Below are positions 28,643 to 37,041 of a DNA stretch of 64,000 bases, piece by piece (position 1 is the stretch's first letter; every line of letters starts with the position of its first letter). The notes under the pieces were generated by a model. That model did no database searches and was not told the DNA's origin. It was given only the letters and a program-made list of their open reading frames with translations. The position numbers were made by a program, and so were the translations under genes. This DNA is from Victivallaceae bacterium (lineage in GTDB: Bacteria > Verrucomicrobiota > Lentisphaeria > Victivallales > Victivallaceae): positions 465-64,464 of the forward strand of contig JAZODE010000147.1 in NCBI GenBank assembly GCA_045596885.1, given 5' to 3'.

Positions 28643-29839
28643 TCAGCAGACGATCTTCTGGGTGTGCTGAGCGATCATCAGCTCTTCATCAGTGGGCATG
28701 ACAACGGCTTTCCAGGCGCTGTCGGCGGTGGAAATGACACCGGCTTTGCCGAAACAGGCTTCGTTGGCGGCAGGATCCAGTTTGATGTCGAGAGCGGCAA
28801 GACCTTCGATGACCTTCTTGCGGATGTCAACAGAAAATTCGCCGATACCGCCGGTGAAGACCAATGCGGCAGGTTTGCCAACCAGCACATAGTAGGAACC
28901 GATGTATTTCACAATACGGCGGACGAACATCTTGATGGCAAGCTGAGCTCTTTCATTGCCGGACTCAGCAGCGCCCAGCATGTCGCGCATGTCGCCGGAG
29001 TTGATACCGCCCACACCGTAAAGTCCGGACTTCTTGTTGAGCATAGTGTCAACTTCTTTGGTGCTCATGCCGAGATCAACCAGACGGAGCACAGCGGCGG
29101 GGTCCATATCACCGGAGCGTCCGCCCATCATCAGACCTTCCAGGGGAGTCAGTCCCATGGTGGTATCGATGACTTTGCCGCCTTTGACAGCTGCCATGCT
29201 GCAGCCGTTGCCCAGGTGGCAGGTGATGATGTTGGTATCTTCCAGAGAGGTGCCCAGGAATTTGGCAGTGGCAAGAGTCACATAGTGGTGGCTGGTGCCG
29301 TGGAATCCGTATTTACGGATGCCGTGCTTTTCATAGTACTCATAGGGGATAGCGTAGAGGTAAGCCTCGGGAGCCATGGTCATGTGGAACTGGGTATCGA
29401 AAACAGCCACATTGGGTTTGCCGGGCATCAGCTCTTCACAAGCTTCGATACCGGCGAGGTTGGCGGGGTTGTGCAGAGGACCGAGGGGGAAGCAGTCGCG
29501 GACGACCTGTTTGATCTCCTCAGTGACCAGCACGGGAGCGGTGATTTTTTCGCCGCCATGGAGCACACGGTGACCGATGGCAACGATTTCGTTCAAATCA
29601 GCGATAACGCCCATTTCGGGATCGACCAGCTTTTTGCAGATCTCTTTGAGAGCATCCACATGATCGGCGATCTTGATGACCTGCTCAAATTTGAAACCGT
29701 CGGCTTTTTTGTAGATCAGATTGGGGTTTTCAGCACCGATACGCTCAAAGACACCCTTGGCGAGAACAGCCTGTTTTTCCATTTCGAACAGCGTGAACTT
29801 CATGGAACTGCTGCCGGCATTGATGACTAAAATCTTCAA
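28643..29839 (-). CDS. ackA: Acetate kinase
   Basis: Motifs ILVINAGSSSMKF and GFHGTSH. TTG start preceded by an AGGAG SD. Confidence 0.95.
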   Translation of the reverse strand: MKILVINAGSSSMKFTLFEMEKQAVLAKGVFERIGAENPNLIYKKADGFKFEQVIKIADHVDALKEICKKLVDPEMGVIADLNEIVAIGHRVLHGGEKITAPVLVTEEIKQVVRDCFPLGPLHNPANLAGIEACEELMPGKPNVAVFDTQFHMTMAPEAYLYAIPYEYYEKHGIRKYGFHGTSHHYVTLATAKFLGTSLEDTNIITCHLGNGCSMAAVKGGKVIDTTMGLTPLEGLMMGGRSGDMDPAAVLRLVDLGMSTKEVDTMLNKKSGLYGVGGINSGDMRDMLGAAESGNERAQLAIKMFVRRIVKYIGSYYVLVGKPAALVFTGGIGEFSVDIRKKVIEGLAALDIKLDPAANEACFGKAGVISTADSAWKAVVMPTDEELMIAQHTQKIVC

Positions 29840-29854
29840 TTTAGACTCCTGTTT

Positions 29855-29903
29855 ATAAAATGAAAAACCTCCTGTTCCTCCATAGCTTTCAGGGAGGAAC
29901 AGG
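29855..29903 (-). terminator. Rho-independent terminator after infA
   Basis: 11-bp stem cctgttcctcc / ggaggaacagg (29871-29881 / 29893-29903), followed on the minus strand by a T-rich run. Confidence 0.7.
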
Positions 29904-29930
29904 CAATACTATCAAATGGACTGTCAACCG

Positions 29931-30149
29931 TTATTTCCGGCGGAAAACAATCCGTCCTTTGGTGAGGTCATAGGGAGACATCTCAAGAGTAACAGCATCA
30001 CCGGGCAGGATGCGGATGAAATTCATCCTCATCTTGCCGGAAATGTGGGCTGTCACCAGATGTCCGGACTGGATCTCCACACGGAACATGGTTCCGGGGA
30101 GCAGTTCCTTGACCACACCTTCGATACGAATCACATCATCTTTGGCCAC
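29931..30149 (-). CDS. infA: Translation initiation factor IF-1
   Basis: 72 aa S1-like protein ([11 protein letters not shown]...[16 protein letters not shown]). Confidence 0.97.
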   Translation of the reverse strand: MAKDDVIRIEGVVKELLPGTMFRVEIQSGHLVTAHISGKMRMNFIRILPGDAVTLEMSPYDLTKGRIVFRRK

Positions 30150-30898
30150 GTCAGAATCTCCGGTTGATTTTCAGTTATAAGCACCATATGTTCAAAGTGT
30201 GCGCTGTAAAGTCCGTCACAGGTACGGACAGTCCAGTGGTCACTCCGGTCAGTAATCACCTTCCAGGTCCCAAGATTGAGCATGGGTTCAATAGCAAGCA
30301 CCATGCCGGGCTCCAATTTCGGTCCGGAGCCCCAGCCTGAGAAATTGGGGACCTCAGGGGGTTCATGAAGTTTTATGCCGCATCCGTGCCCGACATAGTC
30401 ACGGACAACTCCAAGACGATGTTTATGGGCAGTTTTTTCAACGGCGGAACTGATATGCCCCACTCTGTTGCCCACGCGGCAGGCGGCGATACCGGCATCA
30501 AGGGCCTCAAGGGTACCGGAAAGCAAACGCTTCACATCAGCGGAAACCTCGCCCACAGCAACAGTCCGCGCAGTATCCCCCATAGCACCATCGATGCTCA
30601 CGCCAACATCAATACTGACAATATCGCCCTCTCGGATAATCCGGTCGGCACTGCGTATCCCGTGCACCACCACATCATTAAGTGATATGCAGATATTTCC
30701 GGGGAAACCGCAGTAACCGAGAAAAGCACTTTTGCCGCCGGTTTCAGCAATATACGCTGCGGCGATCTCATCCAGCTGGGCAGTGGACATACCGGCTTCG
30801 ATAGAGTTGGCGATCTTGTCGCGCACCTCTGCCGTGACCTGAGCTGCCCGCCGGATGCGGATTATCTCTTCTTCTGTATGTGCGATGGCTTTAGCCAC
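30131..30898 (-). CDS. map: Methionine aminopeptidase, type I
   Basis: Metal-binding motifs DIVSIDVGV and [12 protein letters not shown]. Confidence 0.95.
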   Translation of the reverse strand: MAKAIAHTEEEIIRIRRAAQVTAEVRDKIANSIEAGMSTAQLDEIAAAYIAETGGKSAFLGYCGFPGNICISLNDVVVHGIRSADRIIREGDIVSIDVGVSIDGAMGDTARTVAVGEVSADVKRLLSGTLEALDAGIAACRVGNRVGHISSAVEKTAHKHRLGVVRDYVGHGCGIKLHEPPEVPNFSGWGSGPKLEPGMVLAIEPMLNLGTWKVITDRSDHWTVRTCDGLYSAHFEHMVLITENQPEILTWPKMM

Positions 30899-30916
30899 AG
30901 TAGAAAAATCCTTAGA

Positions 30917-31573
30917 TTATTCCAACTCTTTGGCAATGGCAGCCATGACGGTCTCATGGTCGGCATTGGGCAGAGTGAAGACCAGTCCGCGCTGAGTGTA
31001 GTAATCCATCAGGGGCTGGGTCTGCTTGTGGAACACTGCCAGACGGGACTTGGCTGTTTCCAGAGAGTCATCAGCTCTCTGATAGAGTTCGGAACCACAT
31101 TTATCGCAGATGCCTTCCTTGGCAGGTTTCTTGAAGATCTTGTTGTAGATCTCATCGCAGCCGCGGCAGTTCATGCGTGCGGTAAGACGCTGGATCAATT
31201 CCTCATCGGGAACATCAAAGCAAACAACGCAATCAAGTTTGGTGCCCAGCTCTTCAAGAGCTTTTTCAAGGAGTTCAGCCTGGGGCACAGTGCGGGGGAA
31301 TCCGTCGAGAATGAAGCCGTCGGCACAGTCGGGCTCAGCCAGACGGGTGCGGACCATACCGGCAACGAGCTCATCGGGAACAAGCTGACCGGATTTCATA
31401 AGAGCTTCAGCCTCTTTACCGGCGGGGGTCTGCTTAGCGACCTCGGCACGGAGGATGTCACCGGTGGAAATGTGGGCAATCTGATAGGTTTTGAGCATCA
31501 GATTGGAAACAGTCCCCTTTCCGGCGCCGGGGGCACCGAGAAAGACCAGATTTTTACGGGTAAGTTTTTTCAT
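30917..31573 (-). CDS. adk: Adenylate kinase (zinc-lid type)
   Basis: P-loop GAPGAGKGT and lid CRGC...CDKCG. Start MKKLTRKNLVFLG at 31573; the track ORF extends to 31615. Confidence 0.95.
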   Translation of the reverse strand: MKKLTRKNLVFLGAPGAGKGTVSNLMLKTYQIAHISTGDILRAEVAKQTPAGKEAEALMKSGQLVPDELVAGMVRTRLAEPDCADGFILDGFPRTVPQAELLEKALEELGTKLDCVVCFDVPDEELIQRLTARMNCRGCDEIYNKIFKKPAKEGICDKCGSELYQRADDSLETAKSRLAVFHKQTQPLMDYYTQRGLVFTLPNADHETVMAAIAKELE

Positions 31574-31581
31574 GATGATAT

Positions 31582-31630
31582 TGGACTCCTGATAAAAGCC
31601 ACGCCCGACGGACAAACGGTTTATGTTTTC
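31582..31630 (-). terminator. Rho-independent terminator after the HU gene
   Basis: 11-bp stem (31620-31630 / 31590-31600, one G-U pair), followed on the minus strand by GCTTTTAT. Confidence 0.6.
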
Positions 31631-31674
31631 GTCAGGCGTGAAATGATGTTTTTATCTTAAACAAAGCTCCGTCA

Positions 31675-31977
31675 TTATTTAAATGAATCGGTATTAAGTT
31701 TTTCAACAGCTTCCTTGAGGTCTTTTCCGGCGCGGAACTTGACCACGGCGCGCTCAGGGATGGTCACTTCGTTCTTAGGCTGATTGGGGTTGCGACCCTT
31801 GCGGCTCTTGCGGACTTTGATCTCAAAGACGCCGAATTTGCGCAGTTCAATAGTGTTGCCGGCAATCAACTCCTCAGAGATATAGTCAAGAGTCTTCTGA
31901 ACGATTTCAGCAACCTCATTCTGAGTTGCAAAGGGTGTTTCGCGGGCGATTTTGACCACCAGATCACGTTTAGTCAT
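31675..31977 (-). CDS. HU/IHF-family DNA-binding protein
   Basis: Beta-arm motif GRNPNQPKNEVTIPERAVVKFRAGK. The ATG at 31977 is preceded by GGAG. The track start at 31989 is a TTG inside the SD. Confidence 0.9.
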   Translation of the reverse strand: MTKRDLVVKIARETPFATQNEVAEIVQKTLDYISEELIAGNTIELRKFGVFEIKVRKSRKGRNPNQPKNEVTIPERAVVKFRAGKDLKEAVEKLNTDSFK

Positions 31978-32081
31978 TTTTTTCTCCAATATATTATTTT
32001 AGGTTTATAAAAAAATAGTTGATAAACAAACTTTATCTCTGAAAAATCTGCTCTGCGGTTCTGTAAGAACTACATCTGTAT

Positions 32082-32110
32082 AATATGCCACAGAATTGCC
32101 ATTTAGTCAA
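32082..32110 (-). promoter_or_regulatory. Putative promoter of the HU gene
   Basis: Minus strand TTGACT, 17 nt, CATATT. Confidence 0.5.
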
Positions 32111-32194
32111 TAGCAAATTGAACTTTTTTTGCAAAAAACGCAACAAAAGCACGCAATATCGTCTGAAAAGCAGTTCAGAAAGCTGCAGTTAAAT

Positions 32195-32899
32195 TTATTT
32201 TTCATATTTATCCATGAGAGCCTGAGCAACAAGACCGCCTGCGCATTGTCTGCGGTAATCAGTTTTGAGAGGCAGTTGGAGTTTTCGCATCAGATCAAGT
32301 CCGATGACCTGATTGCCCAGATCATTGACATGCATACTGTTGAGCATCAAAAGTCTGTAGGTTTCGATATCATTGTCCCGGAGCCGTGCCCAGCGGATAT
32401 CATTATCATTGAGCATGAGATTTTCAGCTGCTGCGAACTCACGCACGATCTGCATATACTCAACCATCAAAGCGGCACGCTCAGGAGGAGTGATCATTTC
32501 AAGATCACAGGCATAATAGGTCTGTATAAGCAAGTCGCTTCCAAGAGCCTTGATCTTATTGCTGAGCTCAAGCAAATTGGCGCGGAACTGCTCAGCATTG
32601 ATATTTTTGACAGGATTGCAATCATTGCCGCCGATGGTCATAATGACAAGGTCTGGCTTGTAGAAAGCAAGTTCACGATCGAAACGGTTAAGCAAATCAA
32701 GTGTGGTATTCCCGCTGATGCCGGAGTTGACAAAGTGACCGCAACTGCCGCCATACTGGTTCTTGAATCCCATTTCAACATAATCAAACCAATGGGTTCC
32801 CGGCAGATAACGCTGTGTGTTAGAAGCTCCAAATGCAACAACCCGGATAAACTCACGGCGCTCAAGCATACCCCAAATCTTCAAATCAGAACGTTCCAT
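32195..32899 (-). CDS. SGNH/GDSL-family hydrolase
   Basis: Block I FGASNTQ, block III GNDC and block V-like motifs. The ATG at 32899 is preceded by an AGGGGAAAA SD. Confidence 0.8.
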   Translation of the reverse strand: MERSDLKIWGMLERREFIRVVAFGASNTQRYLPGTHWFDYVEMGFKNQYGGSCGHFVNSGISGNTTLDLLNRFDRELAFYKPDLVIMTIGGNDCNPVKNINAEQFRANLLELSNKIKALGSDLLIQTYYACDLEMITPPERAALMVEYMQIVREFAAAENLMLNDNDIRWARLRDNDIETYRLLMLNSMHVNDLGNQVIGLDLMRKLQLPLKTDYRRQCAGGLVAQALMDKYEK

Positions 32900-33006
32900 T
32901 TTTTCCCCTGCTAAAAAATCCCGAATCAGGTTTTCAAAATTAAAGCGAAGGCGCTTTAACAACTTGAGGAGTTTTAAATCAACTCAAGTAATAAAATAAT
33001 TAAATC

Positions 33007-33039
33007 AAAAAGGGGAGAGCTCACAAGCACTCCCCTTTT
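33007..33039 (-). terminator. Rho-independent terminator after rplQ (bidirectional shape)
   Basis: Stem aaaaggggag / ctcccctttt with a 13-nt loop, flanked by A and T runs. Confidence 0.75.
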
Positions 33040-33056
33040 CAGAAAGTTCCACCAAA

Positions 33057-33458
33057 TCAGGCCTGAGCCTCGGCAGCAGCTTTCTCTTTACCTGCGACTT
33101 CGCCGCCCTCAACGAGCATGAGAAGACAGGTTTCAGCAGCGTCACCGCGACGCTGTCCCAGTTTGAGGATCCTGGTGTAACCGCCCTGACGGCCGGTGTA
33201 AGCAGGAGCGATCTCATCAAAGAGCTTTTTGACAGCGCCTTCGTCGTGCATACGGGCAGCAGCAAGACGACGGCTGTGAAGAGTACCCTGTTTACCAAGG
33301 GTGATCATACGTTCAGCGAAACGGCGGGCAGCTTTAGCCTTGACCAGAGTGGTCTCAATGCGACCGCTGTAAAAGAGGCTGCTGACCATGTTAGCCAACA
33401 TCGCCCGGCGATGAGCGCTGGAACGACCGAGCTTAAGAGTGTCAACTTTATGACGCAT
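33057..33458 (-). CDS. rplQ: 50S ribosomal protein L17
   Basis: N-terminus [24 protein letters not shown] and segment [15 protein letters not shown]. Confidence 0.97.
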   Translation of the reverse strand: MRHKVDTLKLGRSSAHRRAMLANMVSSLFYSGRIETTLVKAKAARRFAERMITLGKQGTLHSRRLAAARMHDEGAVKKLFDEIAPAYTGRQGGYTRILKLGQRRGDAAETCLLMLVEGGEVAGKEKAAAEAQA

Positions 33459-33460
33459 AG

Positions 33461-34477
33461 TTACTTATTCTCCTCTGACTCGGCGCGGACACTGGCAGCT
33501 TCGGCATCAAGAGCCGCAACAAGCCTGTCGCTGAGAACCATTCCAAGTTCCAATCCGAGTATTTCAATTTTTTCTTTGATTTCTTCCAATGACTTATGGC
33601 CGAAATTCCGGAATTTGAGCATCCGGCCCTCGGTCTTGGTACACAGTTCGTAGAGCAGCTTGATATTCGCACTGTTAAGACAATTCATCGCACGGACCGA
33701 AAGATCCAGAGATTCAATGTCGCGTGAAAGCAGTTTGAACAAGCGATTCTCTTCATCGCTGAGTTTGACATCCTGAGGAACGACCTGAGTACCCAGGAAG
33801 GGCTGCAGGTGGTCACGGAGGATCCGGGCGGCTTCTTCCAGCGCATTGCGCGGAGAGATGCGACCATCGGTCCAAATTTCAAGAGTCAGACTGTCCATTT
33901 CGGTTTCTTCACCGACACGGGCAGCGCCAACCTGATAGTTGACCCAGGTGACAGGGCTGAAGAGACAATCCACAGGGATCGTTCCGATGGAACGGGCTGC
34001 AGTATTCTTTTCAGCGGGCAAATATCCTTTGCCGGTAATCACCTCAATTTCCGCACGGAAGGGGAACGCCTTGTCAAGGGTACAAATCAACTGATCAGGG
34101 TTCAAGACTTCAACGGTACTGTCGCAAATGATATTGGCTGCCGTCACCGGACCTGCTTTATCCTTGCGGATCTCAAGCAGTTTCGGTCCTTCTGCATGAA
34201 GGTTCAGACGGACATTCTTCAGATTGAGGACAATTTCAGTCACATCTTCGACCACATTTTCAAGTGAGCCGAACTCGTGCTTGACGCCATCAATGCGAAC
34301 TGAGCAGATCGCAGCTCCTTCAAGAGAAGAGAGCAGCACCCGACGCAGCGAATTGCCCAGTGTATGACCGTAGCCTCTCTGAAAAGGCTGCGCCAAAAAC
34401 TTGGCATAAGTATCTGTCATGGTCGCTTCATCGACCACGATAGACTTCGGCATCGGAAATCTGTTTTCACAATTCAT
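33461..34477 (-). CDS. rpoA: DNA-directed RNA polymerase alpha subunit
   Basis: N-terminal domain, plus a C-terminal domain with [16 protein letters not shown]. Confidence 0.97.
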   Translation of the reverse strand: MNCENRFPMPKSIVVDEATMTDTYAKFLAQPFQRGYGHTLGNSLRRVLLSSLEGAAICSVRIDGVKHEFGSLENVVEDVTEIVLNLKNVRLNLHAEGPKLLEIRKDKAGPVTAANIICDSTVEVLNPDQLICTLDKAFPFRAEIEVITGKGYLPAEKNTAARSIGTIPVDCLFSPVTWVNYQVGAARVGEETEMDSLTLEIWTDGRISPRNALEEAARILRDHLQPFLGTQVVPQDVKLSDEENRLFKLLSRDIESLDLSVRAMNCLNSANIKLLYELCTKTEGRMLKFRNFGHKSLEEIKEKIEILGLELGMVLSDRLVAALDAEAASVRAESEENK

Positions 34478-34617
34478 TAGGTTATCCTCCCCAGTATTTT
34501 TTTACGGACACGTTTTTCAAATTATCACGCAGCTCCGCGGAGTTGCGTTGTTCGGCGCCCGGAGCTCAACATGCACTCCGGAACACCGCACGGAAGCGAT
34601 TGGATCGTAATCCGTAA

Positions 34618-35064
34618 TCAGACACGCCGACGCTTCGGAGGACGGCAACCGTTGTGCGGCACCGGGGTGATATCTTTGATGACGGTCACTTCGAGTCCGG
34701 CGAGGATCAATCCCCGGACAGCGGATTCACGACCGGCACCGGGTCCTTTGATGCGGACTTCAACTTCCTTCATACCGTAAAGCTGGGCTTTTTTGGCGGC
34801 GTCGCCGGCGATCACCTGAGCAGCATAAGCGGTGCTCTTACGGGAGCCTTTGAAACCATTCTTACCGCCGGTAGACCAGCAAAGCACATTTCCGTGCATA
34901 TCAGTAAAGGTGACTTTGGTGTTATTGAAGGTCGCCAGAACATAGACAATACCATTCTGAATATGGCGACCACTCTTGGCGCGCTGTTTGGGAGCAGCAG
35001 CCTCAGCGGCCTGCTCTGCCGGAGCTTCAACAGCGGCAACATTCTTTTCCAATTCTTCTGCCAT
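34618..35064 (-). CDS. rpsK: 30S ribosomal protein S11 (with about 20-aa Ala/Glu-rich N-terminal extension)
   Basis: Core [12 protein letters not shown]...[11 protein letters not shown]...[13 protein letters not shown]. Confidence 0.97.
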   Translation of the reverse strand: MAEELEKNVAAVEAPAEQAAEAAAPKQRAKSGRHIQNGIVYVLATFNNTKVTFTDMHGNVLCWSTGGKNGFKGSRKSTAYAAQVIAGDAAKKAQLYGMKEVEVRIKGPGAGRESAVRGLILAGLEVTVIKDITPVPHNGCRPPKRRRV

Positions 35065-35103
35065 AATATAAAATTCCTGAGATTATTAACTGTTACCCAA
35101 AAC

Positions 35104-35508
35104 TTACGCCTTAGCGCTGGCGGCAAGACGACGCTGAGTTTTGTCGCGGATAGCACCGATGGTGACGCGCTTACCTTTACGGGTACGGGCATTGGTTTTG
35201 GTGCGCTGTCCGCGGCAGGGAAGTTTCCGGCGATGACGGATTCCGCGGTAGCAGTTGATCTGCTGCAGACGACGGATGTCAGCATCAACAGCACGGCGAA
35301 GGTCACCCTCCACCATGATATCATCCTGCAGGATCTTGGTGATTTTGGCAATCTGCTCAGGGGTGAGTTCGCTTGCCTTGATATTGCGGTCGATACCGAC
35401 CTTCTCAATGATTTCCAGCGCCTTGGTGGGGCCGATCCCGTACAGATAACGCAGAGAATACTCAACGCGCTTGTTGCCGGGGATATCCACTCCGATAATA
35501 CGTGGCAT
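35104..35508 (-). CDS. rpsM: 30S ribosomal protein S13
   Basis: N-terminus MPRIIGVDIPGNKRVEYSLRYLYGIG and segment CYRGIRHRRKLPCRGQRTKTNART. Confidence 0.97.
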   Translation of the reverse strand: MPRIIGVDIPGNKRVEYSLRYLYGIGPTKALEIIEKVGIDRNIKASELTPEQIAKITKILQDDIMVEGDLRRAVDADIRRLQQINCYRGIRHRRKLPCRGQRTKTNARTRKGKRVTIGAIRDKTQRRLAASAKA

Positions 35509-35571
35509 TTTTGGATTCCTGTTTTTTAATGTTATTAACGTTTGAAAATACTTGACACTTTACCAGATGAA

Positions 35572-35688
35572 TTAACCCTGGCGCTGCTTGTGGCGCGGAT
35601 CGCGCGAGCAGATGATACGGATCACTCCGTTTCTTTTGATGACCTGGCAGAACTGACATCTGCGCTTAATCGACGCTCTGACTTTCAT
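35572..35688 (-). CDS. rpmJ: 50S ribosomal protein L36
   Basis: Not in the ORF track because it is shorter than 60 aa. Manual translation gives [38 protein letters not shown] (38 aa) immediately upstream of rpsM. Confidence 0.9.
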   Translation of the reverse strand: MKVRASIKRRCQFCQVIKRNGVIRIICSRDPRHKQRQG

Positions 35689-35899
35689 GTTCTTTTCACC
35701 CTTTTCATAAAATTGCAAAGCACGCCGCAGTTCCCCCTTCCCCCTACCCCGACAGCTTTTTAAGACTGCCGTGCTACACGGACAGGTGGCAAGTTCGTTT
35801 ACCGCGCCGTTCTCTACGCTTCATTACTTGATCCTCGGGTGATGCGGTGCGGTGGAATGGAATTCACCGCAAAACCTTCCGGAATCCTGATTGTCATAT

Positions 35900-35928
35900 A
35901 AAATACAACCAAACTTTGATTTTTTCAA
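35900..35928 (-). promoter_or_regulatory. Putative promoter of the rpmJ-rpsM-rpsK-rpoA-rplQ operon
   Basis: Minus strand TTGAAA, 17 nt, TATTTT. This implies a 5' leader of about 200 nt. Confidence 0.45.
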
Positions 35929-36010
35929 GCCTTTTTTGATTTTTTTTCAAAATTTTCCCTTTTTTCTTTCTCCGAAAGCCTTTTTTTTCTCCAATAACAC
36001 TTTTTGCAGC

Positions 36011-36039
36011 TTGACAAAAACAGGAGTCTGCTGTATATT
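36011..36039 (+). promoter_or_regulatory. Putative promoter of the first prepilin-like gene
   Basis: TTGACA (36011-36016), 17 nt, TATATT (36034-36039). Confidence 0.6.
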
Positions 36040-36095
36040 TCCTATGAGCCAATATTTAATATAATTCATTTAAAAAAGAAAAACAAGTCAACACT

Positions 36096-36941
36096 ATGAA
36101 ATCTCTTTCCTCTTTTCGTCGTTTCAATCAGTTTACTCTCATTGAGTTATTGGTGAAAAGATCACATCTCTGCTGTGATCGTGTTTATGGCAAAGAAGAA
36201 TGTCTTTCACCTGCCCATGGGCAGGTGAAGCTGTACAGCTTCACCTTAATAGAGCTTCTTGTAGTAATCGCCATCATTGCAATACTTGCTGCCATGCTGC
36301 TGCCCGCGCTGCAGCAGGCAAGGGACCGGGCAATGTCAACAACCTGTCTTAACAACCTGAAAGAGTTGAACTCCGCAGTATTCCACTACGCTGACGACAA
36401 CAAAGGTTTTGCTCCCACAGGAAAATATACCTCAAATTACATTTTCAGCGATATCCGTAACTTTGGCACTATCGCCTATTATGTGGGAGTCAGAGTCACT
36501 GACCACTCAGCCCTCATGCCAAAACTGGCGATTTGTCCTAAGGGGCGCAGAGACTTCAAAGCTCCTCCCAATGCTGAAAGAACCACCTCCAACACACCCA
36601 ATTTCAGCTATGCCATGAATTACTTCACCAGCACAGCAACAGGGCAATATTTCCAAAAGTTCGGAACCGGAGGCCACTTGAGTACCCGTTTGAGCTGGGG
36701 AGAGATCGGCGATTTCCGTTGTCTGGGGCTTGAGCCACCTTCATCGCTGACAGGAGGAGGCGGTATCAGCGGTCTGCACTGTATCTCATATCGCCACCCT
36801 CTGTACAAAACTACCAATGTGGCTTTTGCAGATGGTCACGCAGGAACCATCCAAACCGGATTTCTTCACCGCTACATCAGCGGATGGAACGGCAGTTACG
36901 ATTACACCTTCTTTTTCAGAGACAATTATTCTGCTAATTAA
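36096..36941 (+). CDS. Prepilin-type N-terminal cleavage/methylation domain protein, H-X9-DG (DUF1559-like) family, with duplicated FTLIELLV motif
   Basis: [28 protein letters not shown] signature and C-terminal RH...VAFADGH. A second, truncated FTLIELLV lies 36 codons upstream in frame. Confidence 0.85.
   Translation: MKSLSSFRRFNQFTLIELLVKRSHLCCDRVYGKEECLSPAHGQVKLYSFTLIELLVVIAIIAILAAMLLPALQQARDRAMSTTCLNNLKELNSAVFHYADDNKGFAPTGKYTSNYIFSDIRNFGTIAYYVGVRVTDHSALMPKLAICPKGRRDFKAPPNAERTTSNTPNFSYAMNYFTSTATGQYFQKFGTGGHLSTRLSWGEIGDFRCLGLEPPSSLTGGGGISGLHCISYRHPLYKTTNVAFADGHAGTIQTGFLHRYISGWNGSYDYTFFFRDNYSAN
36160..36180 (+). repeat. Inverted repeat (7-bp stem) in the spacer of prepilin-like gene 1
   Basis: Stem gatcaca / tgtgatc with loop tctctgc. 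Confidence 0.7.
36207..36246 (+). repeat. Two overlapping perfect palindromes (22 nt and 24 nt) sharing the arm aggtga
   Basis: Palindrome 1 is tcacctgccca|tgggcaggtga (36207-36228). Palindrome 2 is aggtgaagctgt|acagcttcacct (36223-36246). Because they share an arm, their hairpins are mutually exclusive. Confidence 0.85.
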
Positions 36942-36952
36942 ACCTCTTCAAT

Positions 36953-37000
36953 TTCGCCGCTTTGTATGACCGATCAAATGCGGCGAAAATATTTTTTTTA
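36953..37000 (+). terminator. Rho-independent terminator after prepilin-like gene 1
   Basis: Stem ttcgccgc / gcggcgaa followed by a run of 8 Ts (aatatttttttt). Confidence 0.7.
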
Positions 37001-37041
37001 CTTGAAAAACTGGAAAGCTCACAAAAGATAAGGAGGTTCTT

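Noticed and set aside
35733-35750. A run of C tracts (G tracts on the minus strand: GGGG TA GGGGG AA GGGGG) as a possible G-quadruplex in the rpmJ leader.
   Set aside because: Only three G-runs of 3 or more are present, with no fourth run nearby. A canonical intramolecular G4 therefore cannot form.
35875-35888. A ccggaagg-type motif on the minus strand (ggattccggaagg) that resembles the GGAA tetraloop region of SRP (4.5S) RNA.
   Set aside because: The flanking sequence does not reproduce the conserved domain IV symmetric and asymmetric loops (no AGCA/GGAAGCAGC context). The location is the leader of a ribosomal protein operon. I judged the resemblance to be chance.
35906-36010. A T-rich tract with a twice-repeated aagcctttttt between the divergent rpmJ and prepilin promoters, considered as a repeat element.
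   Set aside because: There are only two short, AT-rich copies. This is consistent with UP-element or curved DNA between divergent promoters rather than a defined repeat family.
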